The position numbers and the translations under genes were made by a program. The notes beneath the pieces are model-generated. The model had not been told where the DNA came from. It saw only the letters and a list, made by a program, of their open reading frames with translations, and did no database searches. Shown in pieces: positions 9,606 to 19,876 of a stretch of DNA of 64,000 nt (positions are counted from its first letter, which is position 1; every line of letters begins with the position of its first letter). The DNA is from an uncultured delta proteobacterium (GTDB lineage Bacteria > Desulfobacterota > Syntrophobacteria > BM002), in assembly GCA_963712115.1 (NCBI GenBank), contig CAVQGX010000007.1, positions 1 to 64,000 on the forward strand. The letters are read 5' to 3'.

Positions 9606-10268
9606 CTAGCTGCTCATCCTTTTTGCCTCTCTCAGGATTGCACCACCCACTAAATTGACCAGAGCCCAGATAACATCCAGGGGGAAATGTTCCTCAATGG
9701 AGGAGTCAAAAGTAACCACCAACCGTGCAGGAAACTCTTCATCCTCAAGCCAGAAAATATAGCCAAGGGGAATCTTGGGTAGAGGCCAGAGGCGAAAGGA
9801 TACATCTCCAAAATCAGTCTGGCCACCTCCAAGTCGCAGGCCTATTTCCTTAAATGTTTGAGCATCTCGACCGAATTTTTCTTCCAACGGCCGGGTGAAG
9901 AGAACGTGAGGACCCCTGAAAAAAAAGTCACCACCCTTGATTTCGCCACCGGTCACCATCCGGCCTGTGAGCCCAATCGGCCGGCTGTGAATCAGGTAGG
10001 TCAACAACACCAGATAAAATTGAAAAGAGAGCTTTTGTGGACCGTCATGATCGAGACACTCAATCAACCTTTTATCAGGGTAACACCCGAAGGACTGATG
10101 CAAGAAAGGAATCTGGTAGCAGCCGCGCCCCTGATCATATCTCACAGCGGCACGACCGCACACTTCACTCACATCCATGGACGAAAGCTCGCTCCAGAGA
10201 TTGGGATCGATTTCGCCAGGATCCTCATAAATACCCCGCCCTTTTTTACTCAAATCGCTTTCGCTCAT
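9606..10268 (-). CDS. DUF3786-like protein
   Basis: GGDFFFRGPH, LPKIPL, DEEFPAR, LDVIWAL motifs. Confidence 0.75.
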   Translation of the reverse strand: MSESDLSKKGRGIYEDPGEIDPNLWSELSSMDVSEVCGRAAVRYDQGRGCYQIPFLHQSFGCYPDKRLIECLDHDGPQKLSFQFYLVLLTYLIHSRPIGLTGRMVTGGEIKGGDFFFRGPHVLFTRPLEEKFGRDAQTFKEIGLRLGGGQTDFGDVSFRLWPLPKIPLGYIFWLEDEEFPARLVVTFDSSIEEHFPLDVIWALVNLVGGAILREAKRMSS

Positions 10269-10284
10269 AAGTAGTTTAAACCGT

Positions 10285-10460
10285 TGAAATAGTTCAAATC
10301 GTGCAAGTAGTCAATTCGTCGATTAGCCAACTCGTCAAATCGTCAATTGGTAAATGGTAATGGTAAACGCTGAACCGACAACGGTTACACCATTTGACTA
10401 ATTCCCTAATTTTCCAATTAACCTCTTTTGTCTGCTGCCTACTGCCCGTTGCCTGCCGCC
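10285..10460. repeat. Octamer/heptamer periodic palindromic repeat cluster
   Basis: TAGTCAAT/TCGTCAA units versus TTGACTAA; CTGCCTA/TTGCCTG units. Confidence 0.55.
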
Positions 10461-10462
10461 TC

Positions 10463-10834
10463 CTACTTCTCCTGGAGCTCAACAGATACGTCAGCAGGGC
10501 TCTCGCTTATGTTCTCCAGCACACTCTCTATCAGGCTTCGCGCTTCCGCTTCGTAATCGCCGGGCACCAGAATGGCACCCCAACCCATCTGGGTTACAAA
10601 AAGTCCATCGTAGGCTGTCTCCTCAAAGCGCCGCAGCATGGCCGGGATGTATTCCTCACGCAGGGCCTGCATCAGCAGATCGGCTTCAAAACGATTCTCC
10701 ACAGTATGGATCCTTACCATGTCTGATTGATCGAAGGACGACTCAGTCGCTTCCTCACTTACAGAGTCTGCATCTTCTCCTTCTTTAGAAGTTTGCGGCA
10801 AAGAAGGATCCCACTTTATTACACCAGAAGTCAT
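10463..10834 (-). CDS. DUF2007-like small protein
   Basis: ENRFEADLLMQALREEYIP...TAYDGLF...GWGAILV. Confidence 0.7.
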   Translation of the reverse strand: MTSGVIKWDPSLPQTSKEGEDADSVSEEATESSFDQSDMVRIHTVENRFEADLLMQALREEYIPAMLRRFEETAYDGLFVTQMGWGAILVPGDYEAEARSLIESVLENISESPADVSVELQEK

Positions 10835-11025
10835 CGTACCTGCCCTCCCAATTCCAAAACTCTAAGCACCAAATCTTAGCGTTTTGGTTTCAGGTTTCGG
10901 GTTTCAGATGTCAGGAGAAGAAAAACAAGAGCTAAAACTTGAACACTGAAACCTCACTGTACTCTGACCTAGCACAAAGTCCTAGGTTTTCTAGATTCGA
11001 ATGAAAATCGGCGGCCCTCTACCTT

Positions 11026-11565
11026 CTACTGCAGGTCATATTCGGCCTGTTCGAGCATCTGCCAAAGTCGCTCCCGTTGGCTATTATATTCCTTCTCCAG
11101 CAAAATCTTGCAGCCATTGGCCGTCAGCTCTCTACTCACCACCCTGGCGGCAAATGCCATACAGGTAGCTTCGCCGCACTCGCCACAATTGGTCTGGGGG
11201 AGCTCACGGTACACTTTCAGGGGATCAAGGCGGGCATGTTTCCGCAGTGTTGGTGTAATGCTCTCCCGCTGTTTATCCACCTCATTAATCATATTCCTGA
11301 GATCTTCGCACACTTGCCGGGCCTCTACCTCGTCCACCAGGGCTGTCACTGTGATTTGCCCGGATCGGATAGCGATTATGTGGCCCTTGTCCATGTAGTT
11401 GAGCTCGCCAGTGCCGTGGATGTAAGTGCATCCCCGGATAACTGTGGCAAGATAAGGAAGTAAGTCGCCGATATCTACTTCAAGATCGATTATTGCATTG
11501 AACTTGGTTGATGTGGGCATGCACTCGATGTTTACTAGTTTAAGATTAAGTCTATCGATCAGCAT
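11026..11565 (-). CDS. Putative Fe-S cluster protein (PF04060-like C-terminal domain)
   Basis: LPQTNCGECGEATCMAFA...C motif. Confidence 0.8.
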   Translation of the reverse strand: MLIDRLNLKLVNIECMPTSTKFNAIIDLEVDIGDLLPYLATVIRGCTYIHGTGELNYMDKGHIIAIRSGQITVTALVDEVEARQVCEDLRNMINEVDKQRESITPTLRKHARLDPLKVYRELPQTNCGECGEATCMAFAARVVSRELTANGCKILLEKEYNSQRERLWQMLEQAEYDLQ

Positions 11566-11611
11566 AGCTGAGTCCCATACAAGCTAATCAGTATATCAAA
11601 CAATGGAACTT

Positions 11612-11772
11612 AGAAATCCCAAATCCCAATATCGAAATCCTAAACAATTTCCCAATTTTCTAAATCCAAATGACCGAAACACCTATTGATAACTTAAATC
11701 AGTATCGTTTTGAACATTGGAGAATTGGAATTTTGAATTTCTTTCGGTTTTAGTGCTTCGGATTTCGGATTT
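11612..11772. repeat. AAATCCN-heptamer palindromic element
   Basis: AAATCCCAAATCCCAATATCGAAATCCTAAAC ... TTAGTGCTTCGGATTTCGGATTT; related segments at 59725-59925 and 60660-60840. Confidence 0.8.
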
Positions 11773-11835
11773 ACTAAATTCAGCCTGAGTTCTGCTCGAT
11801 TTAATAGCAAACAAATATCATGCATTGCTCAGCAC

Positions 11836-12264
11836 TCAACCGGCCCCATTTGAGAGGATCTCATAGGCTTTTTGAATTTTCTGAAACTTTTCTTTTGCCA
11901 GCTGCTGAAATTCCTCCCCTAGGTGCGAGACTCGATCAGGATGGTATCGCTGGGCTTGTTTTCGAAATGCGCTCTTAATCTCTTGCTGGCTTGCATTACG
12001 AGACACGCCAAGGATCTGGTATGGATCTTTTTCTGCCTCTTGTGCTGGATCGGCTCCACCCTGGTGTGGTCTGCCTGAAGTGTGGCTCCTAGCTTGTTCA
12101 TATCCACCAGGTAAGACCCTTTTGATAAACCAATAGGCGAGAAGTAAGATGACAAGATCGTCCACCCAGCCCAAACCCACCAGGGTGTCGGGAATAGCAT
12201 CTATAGGACTGGCTAGATAGAGCAGCCCGATGAGCAAAGGCCAGAAACGTTTCAGCCAGAGCAT
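11836..12264 (-). CDS. DUF1232 (YkvA) + DnaJ J-domain fusion
   Basis: YLASPIDAIPD...GWVDD followed by DPYQILGV...YHPD. Confidence 0.85.
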   Translation of the reverse strand: MLWLKRFWPLLIGLLYLASPIDAIPDTLVGLGWVDDLVILLLAYWFIKRVLPGGYEQARSHTSGRPHQGGADPAQEAEKDPYQILGVSRNASQQEIKSAFRKQAQRYHPDRVSHLGEEFQQLAKEKFQKIQKAYEILSNGAG

Positions 12265-12408
12265 AATTCCACCAATGACAACCAGGTACTAGACCTACGT
12301 CGCCGTGCGATATGTTCCGGGCTCAGTTTCACAGCTTACGATATCAAGTATCCGCTAACAAAAGCAAGAAAATCGAACCACAAATAGCACAATAGCCCCA
12401 AAGAGGTA

Positions 12409-13245
12409 TCAGTCGGTCCGACGGTGTCGGATACCGAGACGACGCCAGAGCTCGCCGCGATATTTCCTACTGGTCCCTAAATCGACCTCCCCAAAATACA
12501 CCTGTTCGCGGTCATCCAGCTCTACCTTCACCCAGGACACTAAACTCTCCAAGCCTCTTAACCATATTGCGAAATCGTCTCGGCTCGCCAATTGGGGCGG
12601 CTGAACAATAATGCTCTTTCCTCCAAAGTGACGGTAGGCCCGCCCTTTCACCCTCCAGTTGAAACTAGCCGTGTTAATCCCCACAACTGGAATGAAGTTG
12701 TCAAATGCCCTCACCAGAGTAGCCTCTTTCCAGTGGTCTCGCAGAATAGGGAAAATGGACTGGTTGATGATCAACTCAGCACCCTTGTCAGTTAGCCTTC
12801 GAGCCGCCTCCGGTTGCCCCCAGAAGTCGATGGAGACTGGAAGACCTATCTTACCGAAGTCGGTTCCGAACACTTGGAAGGTGCCGTCACCAGGCGAAAT
12901 ACCAAAATACCGTTGCTCCATGGCTCCAGGGCTAGCCTTACGTTGTCGTCCCACAATCAAGCCCTTCCTGTCGAACAGTGTGGCCGTGCCAAATTTTTTG
13001 TCCGCCAATTCTTCCACCAGTCCGGCAACAATGTAACACCGAAGTTCCCTCGCAGCTTCGGCTAAAATTTCTTCACCTGTCCAGGGGAAATATTCCGGTA
13101 GGCAGGCTACATCCAGATCTTTGCCACGGCATTTCTCTAGGAGTCTCATTGCATGACCCACATTGCGAGGATCGTCCACCTGCGCGTATGGCTTTCCCTG
13201 AATTAGGGCAACTCGAACGATATCTTTCATAATCCTAAAACTCAC
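12409..13245 (-). CDS. Carbon-nitrogen hydrolase (nitrilase superfamily) with Ser at the nucleophile position
   Basis: CLPEY (Glu), QRK (Lys), GKIGLPVSID where ICxD is usual. Confidence 0.8.
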   Translation of the reverse strand: MSFRIMKDIVRVALIQGKPYAQVDDPRNVGHAMRLLEKCRGKDLDVACLPEYFPWTGEEILAEAARELRCYIVAGLVEELADKKFGTATLFDRKGLIVGRQRKASPGAMEQRYFGISPGDGTFQVFGTDFGKIGLPVSIDFWGQPEAARRLTDKGAELIINQSIFPILRDHWKEATLVRAFDNFIPVVGINTASFNWRVKGRAYRHFGGKSIIVQPPQLASRDDFAIWLRGLESLVSWVKVELDDREQVYFGEVDLGTSRKYRGELWRRLGIRHRRTD

Positions 13246-13335
13246 AAGAAGTAATCATAGCAAAAAATCCCAACCCTCAAGCTCGATTTTTGAAGACCTA
13301 ATTACATCGGTCTATATTCTCCAGTGAAAATTACT

Positions 13336-13923
13336 TTAATAACCGCGGGTTTGCTGCAAAGCCTCGATAAACTCTTCACCAACCGCTTCGAATACGTCCG
13401 CGTCCGCCAGTAACTCGAAGTAGTGGAAATAGGTACTACCTTCGTGGGAATAGATTCGAGCCTCTCCATAGCCCTTGACCTGGAGATCTCCTGCTTGAGC
13501 CGCCATGGCGCTTTTGGCTGCAGGAGTCCCGCCTAAGAGATCGTACTCAAAGTACTGATATTCTCCCGAACCCTTTGCTGCTCTTTGCCGTTTCCTGAGA
13601 ATCTTCTCAAGTCTTTCATAGGCTTTGAGAAGCCTACCTGAATAGTCGGTGGATGAACGCTCTGTCCAGATGAGAATCACTGCCGGTCGTACCATGGCCG
13701 CAAGGATCACATCTGGCTTTGACCCCATCTTAAAAGCGTCGAAAGATTCTGGCATCTTCTTTACCACCTGCCAGGTTCCCAAAGGGAGCTTGAAGAGCAG
13801 ACGACCTTCTGGGTAACGAAAATAGCCATCTTCAAACGCTTGAGCGTGGCTGGCAAGGGTGGCCAAGAAAAGAAAAAACAGCAATAAGGTAATGGATCGT
13901 AGACGCATGAAAGCCTCCTTCAT
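13336..13923 (-). CDS. Hypothetical exported protein
   Basis: 195 aa with a signal peptide (AxA site); directly follows the EEP gene. Confidence 0.65.
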   Translation of the reverse strand: MKEAFMRLRSITLLLFFLFLATLASHAQAFEDGYFRYPEGRLLFKLPLGTWQVVKKMPESFDAFKMGSKPDVILAAMVRPAVILIWTERSSTDYSGRLLKAYERLEKILRKRQRAAKGSGEYQYFEYDLLGGTPAAKSAMAAQAGDLQVKGYGEARIYSHEGSTYFHYFELLADADVFEAVGEEFIEALQQTRGY

Positions 13924-13925
13924 TT

Positions 13926-14723
13926 TTATTCCAACAGCAAATCAACCAATAAAGGAAAATGATCCGATGGGTAGCGACCAGCTTTTTGATCTCGCACTAC
14001 GAAAACGTCTAGGGTTATAAACTCGGGGGTGAGCAAGATCCAGTCTATTCTGCCCTTAGTTGGGACTCCAGTAAAACCGTGCTGTGTATAACTTTGCTGA
14101 TCTTCAGCTTTGCCCATCATCTGCCAACTATCGCTGAAGGGCCCAAAAGGCTCCCTCAAGGTTTGGTGCACCTCTGAGCCAGGGAAGTCATTGAAATCAC
14201 CTAACAATACTATGGGCTCTTTCCTCTCAACCGCCCAGGCGCGAATCATCTTGGCCCCTTCAATCCGGGCTTGCTCCGAGATGTGATCGAGGTGTGTCAC
14301 TGAAACCCAAATTTGCTTACCACTGTGTTTCAGTTCTAATAGACTATGGCTAATCATCCTGGGAAAGGCCGAATCCCAACTCTTACTCATATGTACCTCC
14401 GGTGTTTCTGATAGCCAAAATTCACTATGTTCCACCAAGGCAAAATAATCCGCGAGATAGTACAGAGTTGGATACTGGCAGTGATCGTCCCAGGTACGTG
14501 AGTCAGCTGACAGTTGATATCCTTCTAAATTGTCACTGAGGAATGCAAGCATCGAGGGTTTACCCTCCTGGGTTCCCAGCAGGTGGGGGCGATGTTTTTG
14601 AACGGTACTCACGAGGAAATCCCGGCGATTGAGCCAATGGTTTTCACCGTCAAAATCATTCTCAAAGCGGAGGTTGAAGGTCATCACACGCAAAAGAATC
14701 TCTCCTTCAGTTAGTTTCCCCAT
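13926..14723 (-). CDS. Endonuclease/exonuclease/phosphatase family protein
   Basis: MTFNLR, GTQE, THLDH, GDFN, RIDWI, SDHFP. Confidence 0.92.
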   Translation of the reverse strand: MGKLTEGEILLRVMTFNLRFENDFDGENHWLNRRDFLVSTVQKHRPHLLGTQEGKPSMLAFLSDNLEGYQLSADSRTWDDHCQYPTLYYLADYFALVEHSEFWLSETPEVHMSKSWDSAFPRMISHSLLELKHSGKQIWVSVTHLDHISEQARIEGAKMIRAWAVERKEPIVLLGDFNDFPGSEVHQTLREPFGPFSDSWQMMGKAEDQQSYTQHGFTGVPTKGRIDWILLTPEFITLDVFVVRDQKAGRYPSDHFPLLVDLLLE

Positions 14724-14836
14724 AGACGTCAGTTAGATAATTGAGCAAAATCATACATAATCAAATCAAAAGGTTGCAAGAAAAAGATATGGGAATTCGT
14801 ACTGGAAATAACGGCAGGATATTTTTTGGTCAATAA

Positions 14837-15211
14837 CTAGTTGTGAGTAAGCTGCCCTGCACAGCACGGGCAAGCAGGGGCATGGGAAAATTCTACTTCG
14901 CAGAGTTGATATTCCTCCATCCAATCTGCAAGGATTTCACGCTGCTCTTCATCCAAAACATGGACTGCCTCTTTTATATCCCCAAAGGAGTTGTCCTTCC
15001 CGGTCCATATTCGGGCCAGGAGGGTGAGCAGTAGTCGATCTTGGACACTCAGTTTAAGATTGTCGATATCCTGGAGAATCATCAGGAGGTCGAATTCCTT
15101 TGTGCCACAGTTCCAGTATTTCTGCCATTTAAAAGGTAGACAGCGCTGCATCAGTTCCATAAACCTTAACTTCCGATTCCTGCTATTCTCCGAATGCATT
15201 AAGATCCCCAC
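14837..15211 (-). CDS. Hypothetical protein with C-terminal HxxxCPCC
   Basis: 124-aa ORF; no family recognised. Confidence 0.5.
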   Translation of the reverse strand: MGILMHSENSRNRKLRFMELMQRCLPFKWQKYWNCGTKEFDLLMILQDIDNLKLSVQDRLLLTLLARIWTGKDNSFGDIKEAVHVLDEEQREILADWMEEYQLCEVEFSHAPACPCCAGQLTHN

Positions 15212-15356
15212 CTAATGAGCGACAGTTTTTTTATTAACAGATTTTGGATCGAAATCCCAGCGAAAATTGGCCGGTCCAAACAGAGTGCATAAGGGTTACC
15301 TGGGGGCAAAGAAATTTTGACAGTCCCGTAGCAATTAGCTCAGGAAAATGAAGCAT

Positions 15357-15893
15357 CTATTCCGGCAAATTCTTGCCGAACTTCTCTATAGCCTCAGGGA
15401 TCTGTTTGCGTATAAAAGTCTCTTTTTCGAGCTCAGAAAGTCTCTCAAATATCTGATATTTTGGATGCGATTCGCTAAGCGGCGGAACCAGAGTTGTTCC
15501 TTGTTCCTTTAACTGCTGATATTGCTCGATTAGTTCAACAATCGGCACCTGACGCCTAGCGCTACTTTCCAACCAGTTGAGTCTTCTCATACATTCGAAG
15601 CGAAGCTGATCCAGCAAGTAGATCGAGATGTCGATGACTTCCATCTTCTCAGCTTTATCTAGTTGGAAAAAATCAGAGGTGGTGCCCAGGTCCTTTACCC
15701 CCATGACCAGCTCATACAAGGCAAAAATGTTCTGGTCGCCTGGAGAGATGAGAAAGAGTAAGATCTTGTTCGACAAGTCGGACAGGCTGGTTTGCTCGTC
15801 CAATTTCTCTTTGAAGCGTCTCGACCAGGACCTAAACCCCCTTATTGCAGCCTGTTTGCGCTTAAAGGAATCCAGTTGGATAACTTCTGCCAT
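15357..15893 (-). CDS. Hypothetical protein
   Basis: 178 aa, GGAG RBS, protein-like composition (LLDQLRFECMRRLNW). Confidence 0.7.
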   Translation of the reverse strand: MAEVIQLDSFKRKQAAIRGFRSWSRRFKEKLDEQTSLSDLSNKILLFLISPGDQNIFALYELVMGVKDLGTTSDFFQLDKAEKMEVIDISIYLLDQLRFECMRRLNWLESSARRQVPIVELIEQYQQLKEQGTTLVPPLSESHPKYQIFERLSELEKETFIRKQIPEAIEKFGKNLPE

Positions 15894-16145
15894 TGCCTAG
15901 GAGTGCTCTCCAGCGAGAAAGTGAGTGAAATCGTCGGAAACTGAGGCTACTCTCAATCCTCCATTGCCATGATTACCAAGCCTTATGCGATCAAAGAGCC
16001 GTCCAGAGTTCTCATTTAGCCCGAATGTCAAAAAATAAGGAGGTGCGCCTGGACTTTATTATAATGGAGAATATAGGAGCCTAACTTATTACTTATAGCA
16101 TGACTGGTAATGCACCGCAAGAAAAACTGCACCGCATTATCGCGG

Positions 16146-16934
16146 TCAAGATGAGCAGAAGTGGTCTCGGGCCTCATCAAAGAGGCGCATGAACTCCTCA
16201 ACGTCTTTTTTGGCAATTACTCTCTTGAGCTCAAAGATTATCCTCTCAAATTCTCGAAAAAATACTCCGTAAGTTGAATTGAGCATTGGCATGGCTGCAT
16301 AGAGATCTGCATCCTGGTCAAGGAGATGACTAATCTCCATGAGTCTCCTATGGAATGCGGGGGTGGCAAATCTTTTTAGGCTTTTAAGATCCATGCCCAA
16401 CGAATCGATGGTGAGTCCTAGAACCAGAGTACTGAAATGAGTAAGACCTTGTACTACTGCCATATAAAAGTCATGGACTTCTGGTGCAACCACCTCTACC
16501 TGGGCGCCACTTTCCAACAAAAGGTTGTTGAGCCAATCTTGCCACTTACGCCCTCGACCGGGACAAAGCACCACGGTCTGCCCGGTGATGTTAGGCTCAC
16601 CTGGTCCAAATAGCGGGTGGGTCCCTATCACAGAGGAAGAGGAGACCTCGAGCATTGTTCTGAGCACCTCGCTCTTGATTGAGGCAATATCCATGAGCAA
16701 AGCATCATCCCTGACCAGATGGCCGATATTTCGTACCACTTCCACCGTGTGCTGCAAGGGAACCGCCACAAGCAACACATCACACCTTGGCGCCAAGTCT
16801 TCTGCCATTATTTCAGTATCAAGATCAGCCACTGATACCCTATACCCTAGCTCCTCGAAATATCGATGAAACCAGCGGCCCATCTTACCATGGCCGCCAA
16901 CTATGCCAATCTCTATGTCCTTGTCGTTTTTCAT
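16146..16934 (-). CDS. tyrA: Prephenate/arogenate dehydrogenase
   Basis: GIVGGHGKMG Rossmann motif, DIASIK, GTHPLFGP, HDFYMAVVQGLTHF. Confidence 0.9.
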   Translation of the reverse strand: MKNDKDIEIGIVGGHGKMGRWFHRYFEELGYRVSVADLDTEIMAEDLAPRCDVLLVAVPLQHTVEVVRNIGHLVRDDALLMDIASIKSEVLRTMLEVSSSSVIGTHPLFGPGEPNITGQTVVLCPGRGRKWQDWLNNLLLESGAQVEVVAPEVHDFYMAVVQGLTHFSTLVLGLTIDSLGMDLKSLKRFATPAFHRRLMEISHLLDQDADLYAAMPMLNSTYGVFFREFERIIFELKRVIAKKDVEEFMRLFDEARDHFCSS

Positions 16935-16943
16935 TGATCAGTT

Positions 16944-17067
16944 CTCATTGGGCATTTCACATTTTGCATCTGGCATTTATCAATCTCACATGAGAAGCAT
17001 AATCAGACTCCATTTCATCCAAATGGGAAATGATAGATGAGAAATGGAGAATGCGAAATTTGAAATG
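16944..17067. repeat. CATTTNN / NNAAATG heptamer palindromic element
   Basis: CATTTCA-CATTTTG-CATCTGG-CATTTAT arm versus GAAATGA/GAAATGG arm; related copy at 31729-31855. Confidence 0.75.
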
Positions 17068-17084
17068 TGCGGGCAGTCTGTTGT

Positions 17085-18341
17085 CTATCCGTACAGATGC
17101 TCAAAAGTCTCCCAGAATTGGGGAAAAGACTTGTTTACACACATCTCATCAACTATACGGACTCCCTTCGCCACCAGCCCAGCAACGGCGAAACTCATGG
17201 CAATTCGGTGATCATTATGGGAATCAATCAAGGCTCCTTGGGGATTTCCACCTCTGATAGTGAGGCAGTCTTCCTTCTCCTCCACCTGGACATTCATTTT
17301 CTCAAGTCCTTCTGCAATCGCTCGGAGTCGATCGCTTTCTTTTATCCGCAGGTGGCCAACGTTAGTGATAACCGTTTTACCTTGGGCAAAGGCAGCCGTG
17401 ACAGCGAGAGTTGGCACCATGTCGGGCATATCCTTCATATCCACCTCAATAGATCGAAGTTCTCCACCATACAGTGTCACACCGTAGTCATGCCACTCAG
17501 CCCGACATCCCATCTGGCATAGAATGTCCAGAAAGGCCAAATCCCCTTGACGGCTCTTATGGAGGATGTTTTTAGTTGACACTTTTCCCCCGGTGATGGC
17601 GGCGGCTGCCCAAAAGTATGAGGCCGATGAGCAGTCTCCCTCCACATCATAACTGCCTGCCAGGTAGCGTCCCGGCGCCTCCACCCGGAGATTTTCCTCA
17701 TCCAGCCAACGCGCCTTTGCGCCAAACACGGACATCCCCTCCAAGGTCACATCTACGTACGGCTTGGAAACCAGTCCCTGGACGGCAACCTCAACGGGCT
17801 GTGAAGCATAGGGTGCCGCTAAAAGAATGGCAGAAACGAACTGACTTGATCGGCTCGCATTCACTTTGGTGCTGCCACCTTTGAGACCACTGCCGTGGAT
17901 GCGTACAGGAGGATAGCCCCTTTCTTGCAGGCTTTCAACCACTCCCCCTAGTGGCTGCAAGGCGACCAGCAGTTCTTCAATGGGACGAGTGTGCATTCGC
18001 TCATTTCCGACAAGTACAGACGATCCCCGGCCCAAACAGGCCACTGCAGTTAGTAACCTCATGGAGGTGCCTGCGTTTTCCAGATAGATGGGTTCTGACG
18101 GACAATTGAGGACGCCGCCCGTGCCAATTACTTCTATTGCCTCGGGTGAATGTCTGATCTGTGCCCCGAACCTTTCGAGCGCCGTTGCGGTGTAGCGGGT
18201 GTCATCGCACCAAAGTCCGTTGCGCAGCCAACTCCTCCCCTCGGCAAGGGCAGCCATAATTAGGTAGCGGTGGGTAACGCTTTTGGAACCTGGGATATTT
18301 ACAGATTTATCGAGATTATCAATGGTCTTTATCTGCTTCAT
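17085..18341 (-). CDS. aroA: EPSP synthase
   Basis: PGSKSVTHR, NAGTSMR, SSQFVSA, LRIKESDR, DHRIAM, KSFPQF; likely start ATG 18341. Confidence 0.95.
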   Translation of the reverse strand: MKQIKTIDNLDKSVNIPGSKSVTHRYLIMAALAEGRSWLRNGLWCDDTRYTATALERFGAQIRHSPEAIEVIGTGGVLNCPSEPIYLENAGTSMRLLTAVACLGRGSSVLVGNERMHTRPIEELLVALQPLGGVVESLQERGYPPVRIHGSGLKGGSTKVNASRSSQFVSAILLAAPYASQPVEVAVQGLVSKPYVDVTLEGMSVFGAKARWLDEENLRVEAPGRYLAGSYDVEGDCSSASYFWAAAAITGGKVSTKNILHKSRQGDLAFLDILCQMGCRAEWHDYGVTLYGGELRSIEVDMKDMPDMVPTLAVTAAFAQGKTVITNVGHLRIKESDRLRAIAEGLEKMNVQVEEKEDCLTIRGGNPQGALIDSHNDHRIAMSFAVAGLVAKGVRIVDEMCVNKSFPQFWETFEHLYG

Positions 18342-18389
18342 TGCAAGTCTTGACACCCTGTTGCACGTGGTTGACTCCAAGGGTGTGAA

Positions 18390-19211
18390 CTATAGGGTTT
18401 CGTCTCCAGCTGCCTCCTCGAGCGCCCTACGCATAACTTCAACAGGCGCCGCTCTGCCAGTCCAGATTTCAAACTGGGCAACACCTTGATAAAGAAGCAT
18501 GTCGAGTCCGGAAAGGCAGCCGCATCCAGCCCTCTCAGCATCTTGGAGAAGTCTTGTTTTAAGCGGGCGATATACCATGTCCAAAACCACCATTCCGTCT
18601 CGCAGCCAATGAGCTGGAACCAGACTCTGATCCATTGTGGCCGACATACCCACGGTGGTGGCATTCACGACAAAATCCGTTCTGAACTGATCCCAGGCTT
18701 GCCCTGGCACAAAAGTGCAGTTCATTTCAGCTGCAAGCTTCTGTCCACGTGCTTCATTTCGGTTCATGATAAAAACTTGTGTGTCCTTGCTTTGCAAGCC
18801 ATAGATAGCAGATCGAGCCGCACCACCGGCCCCCAGAATCAGGCCACGCTTACCCCCAAGCTCGGTCATCTGCTCCAATGCCTGAACAACTCCCAGCCAG
18901 TCTGTATTGCTTCCATACAACCTGCCCTCTCGGGACAGAATTGTGTTCACTGCACCAATAGCGCGGCCTATCTCATCCACCTCGTCCAGATGGGGTATAA
19001 TTTTTTCTTTGTGAGGAACCGTAATGCTGGCTCCTCGAAAACCCAATTTTCTTATGGCGGAGGCGGCTTCCCCTGCCTCATCCACCCGAAAAGCCAGATA
19101 GGCCAGGTTCAAACCCAGGTAAGAGAAGGCAGCGTTGTGCATCTGGGGGCTCAGGCTGTGGGCAACCGGATTGCCGAAAATAGCCACATATTCGGTCTGG
19201 GCGTCGATCAT
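18390..19211 (-). CDS. aroE: Shikimate dehydrogenase
   Basis: HSLSPQMHN, TVPHK, GAVNT, NTD, GAGGAARS. Confidence 0.95.
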   Translation of the reverse strand: MIDAQTEYVAIFGNPVAHSLSPQMHNAAFSYLGLNLAYLAFRVDEAGEAASAIRKLGFRGASITVPHKEKIIPHLDEVDEIGRAIGAVNTILSREGRLYGSNTDWLGVVQALEQMTELGGKRGLILGAGGAARSAIYGLQSKDTQVFIMNRNEARGQKLAAEMNCTFVPGQAWDQFRTDFVVNATTVGMSATMDQSLVPAHWLRDGMVVLDMVYRPLKTRLLQDAERAGCGCLSGLDMLLYQGVAQFEIWTGRAAPVEVMRRALEEAAGDETL

Positions 19212-19876
19212 TTCAACAGCTCCAGAAGCTGGCGCATTTTTGCCAGAGTGAGCTGCCCCGGAGCAGCTTCAGCACCGCTTTCCAAAGCCGCGTAAGTGAA
19301 AGCTCCCCCCATCAAAAGGCAAGCCAATCTGCTGATTCGACCTAGAGGCCCAAGACAGAAGGCCACCACCTCTATGCCCCTGTTTCTACCCCGACCAATG
19401 AGATTCAACGATGAAATATTATCTTCCATCCTTTGAGCCAGAGTGACCACCTTTACCACCCCAGTACTTGAGGCGGCCATTTGGTCGAACAATGATTCGA
19501 GCTCCCTCTCTGCTGGAGTTTGTGCAAAATCATGGTAACTGAGAATGACCCGCTCCCGCATAGCTGAGAGTTCGTCTGGCAATGGTTCGCTCGGGCGGAA
19601 TTCCCAGTCCACATATGAACTTCCACTGGTCGCAGCACGGCTTAGAAGTCTAAGTTGCTGCTGTCTAGTGCCTGAAAAATGACCCCCTTGCTCCACCGAG
19701 CGCACCGTGGCAATTACCGGCAAAGGAGATTGCGGCAAAACGGTCTCCACCTCAGGATCCCGGGTAACATCCAACCGCCACTCCAGTAAATCAGCACCCT
19801 CATCTCGCGCCCTGCACATGGTTTCGAGCACTCGATCAGCCGCTTCCACCATCACTGACACGCAGATTTGCGTCAA
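19208..19876 (-). CDS. aroD: Type I 3-dehydroquinate dehydratase
   Basis: EWRLD, TVRSVEQGG, SYHDF, APGQ. Confidence 0.92.
   Translation of the reverse strand: MTQICVSVMVEAADRVLETMCRARDEGADLLEWRLDVTRDPEVETVLPQSPLPVIATVRSVEQGGHFSGTRQQQLRLLSRAATSGSSYVDWEFRPSEPLPDELSAMRERVILSYHDFAQTPAERELESLFDQMAASSTGVVKVVTLAQRMEDNISSLNLIGRGRNRGIEVVAFCLGPLGRISRLACLLMGGAFTYAALESGAEAAPGQLTLAKMRQLLELLK

Noticed and set aside
18486-19295. Long plus-strand ORFs opposite aroE, and likewise opposite paaK and trpD (6578-7189, 27111-27756)
   Set aside because: Shadow ORFs on the antisense strand of well-supported genes.
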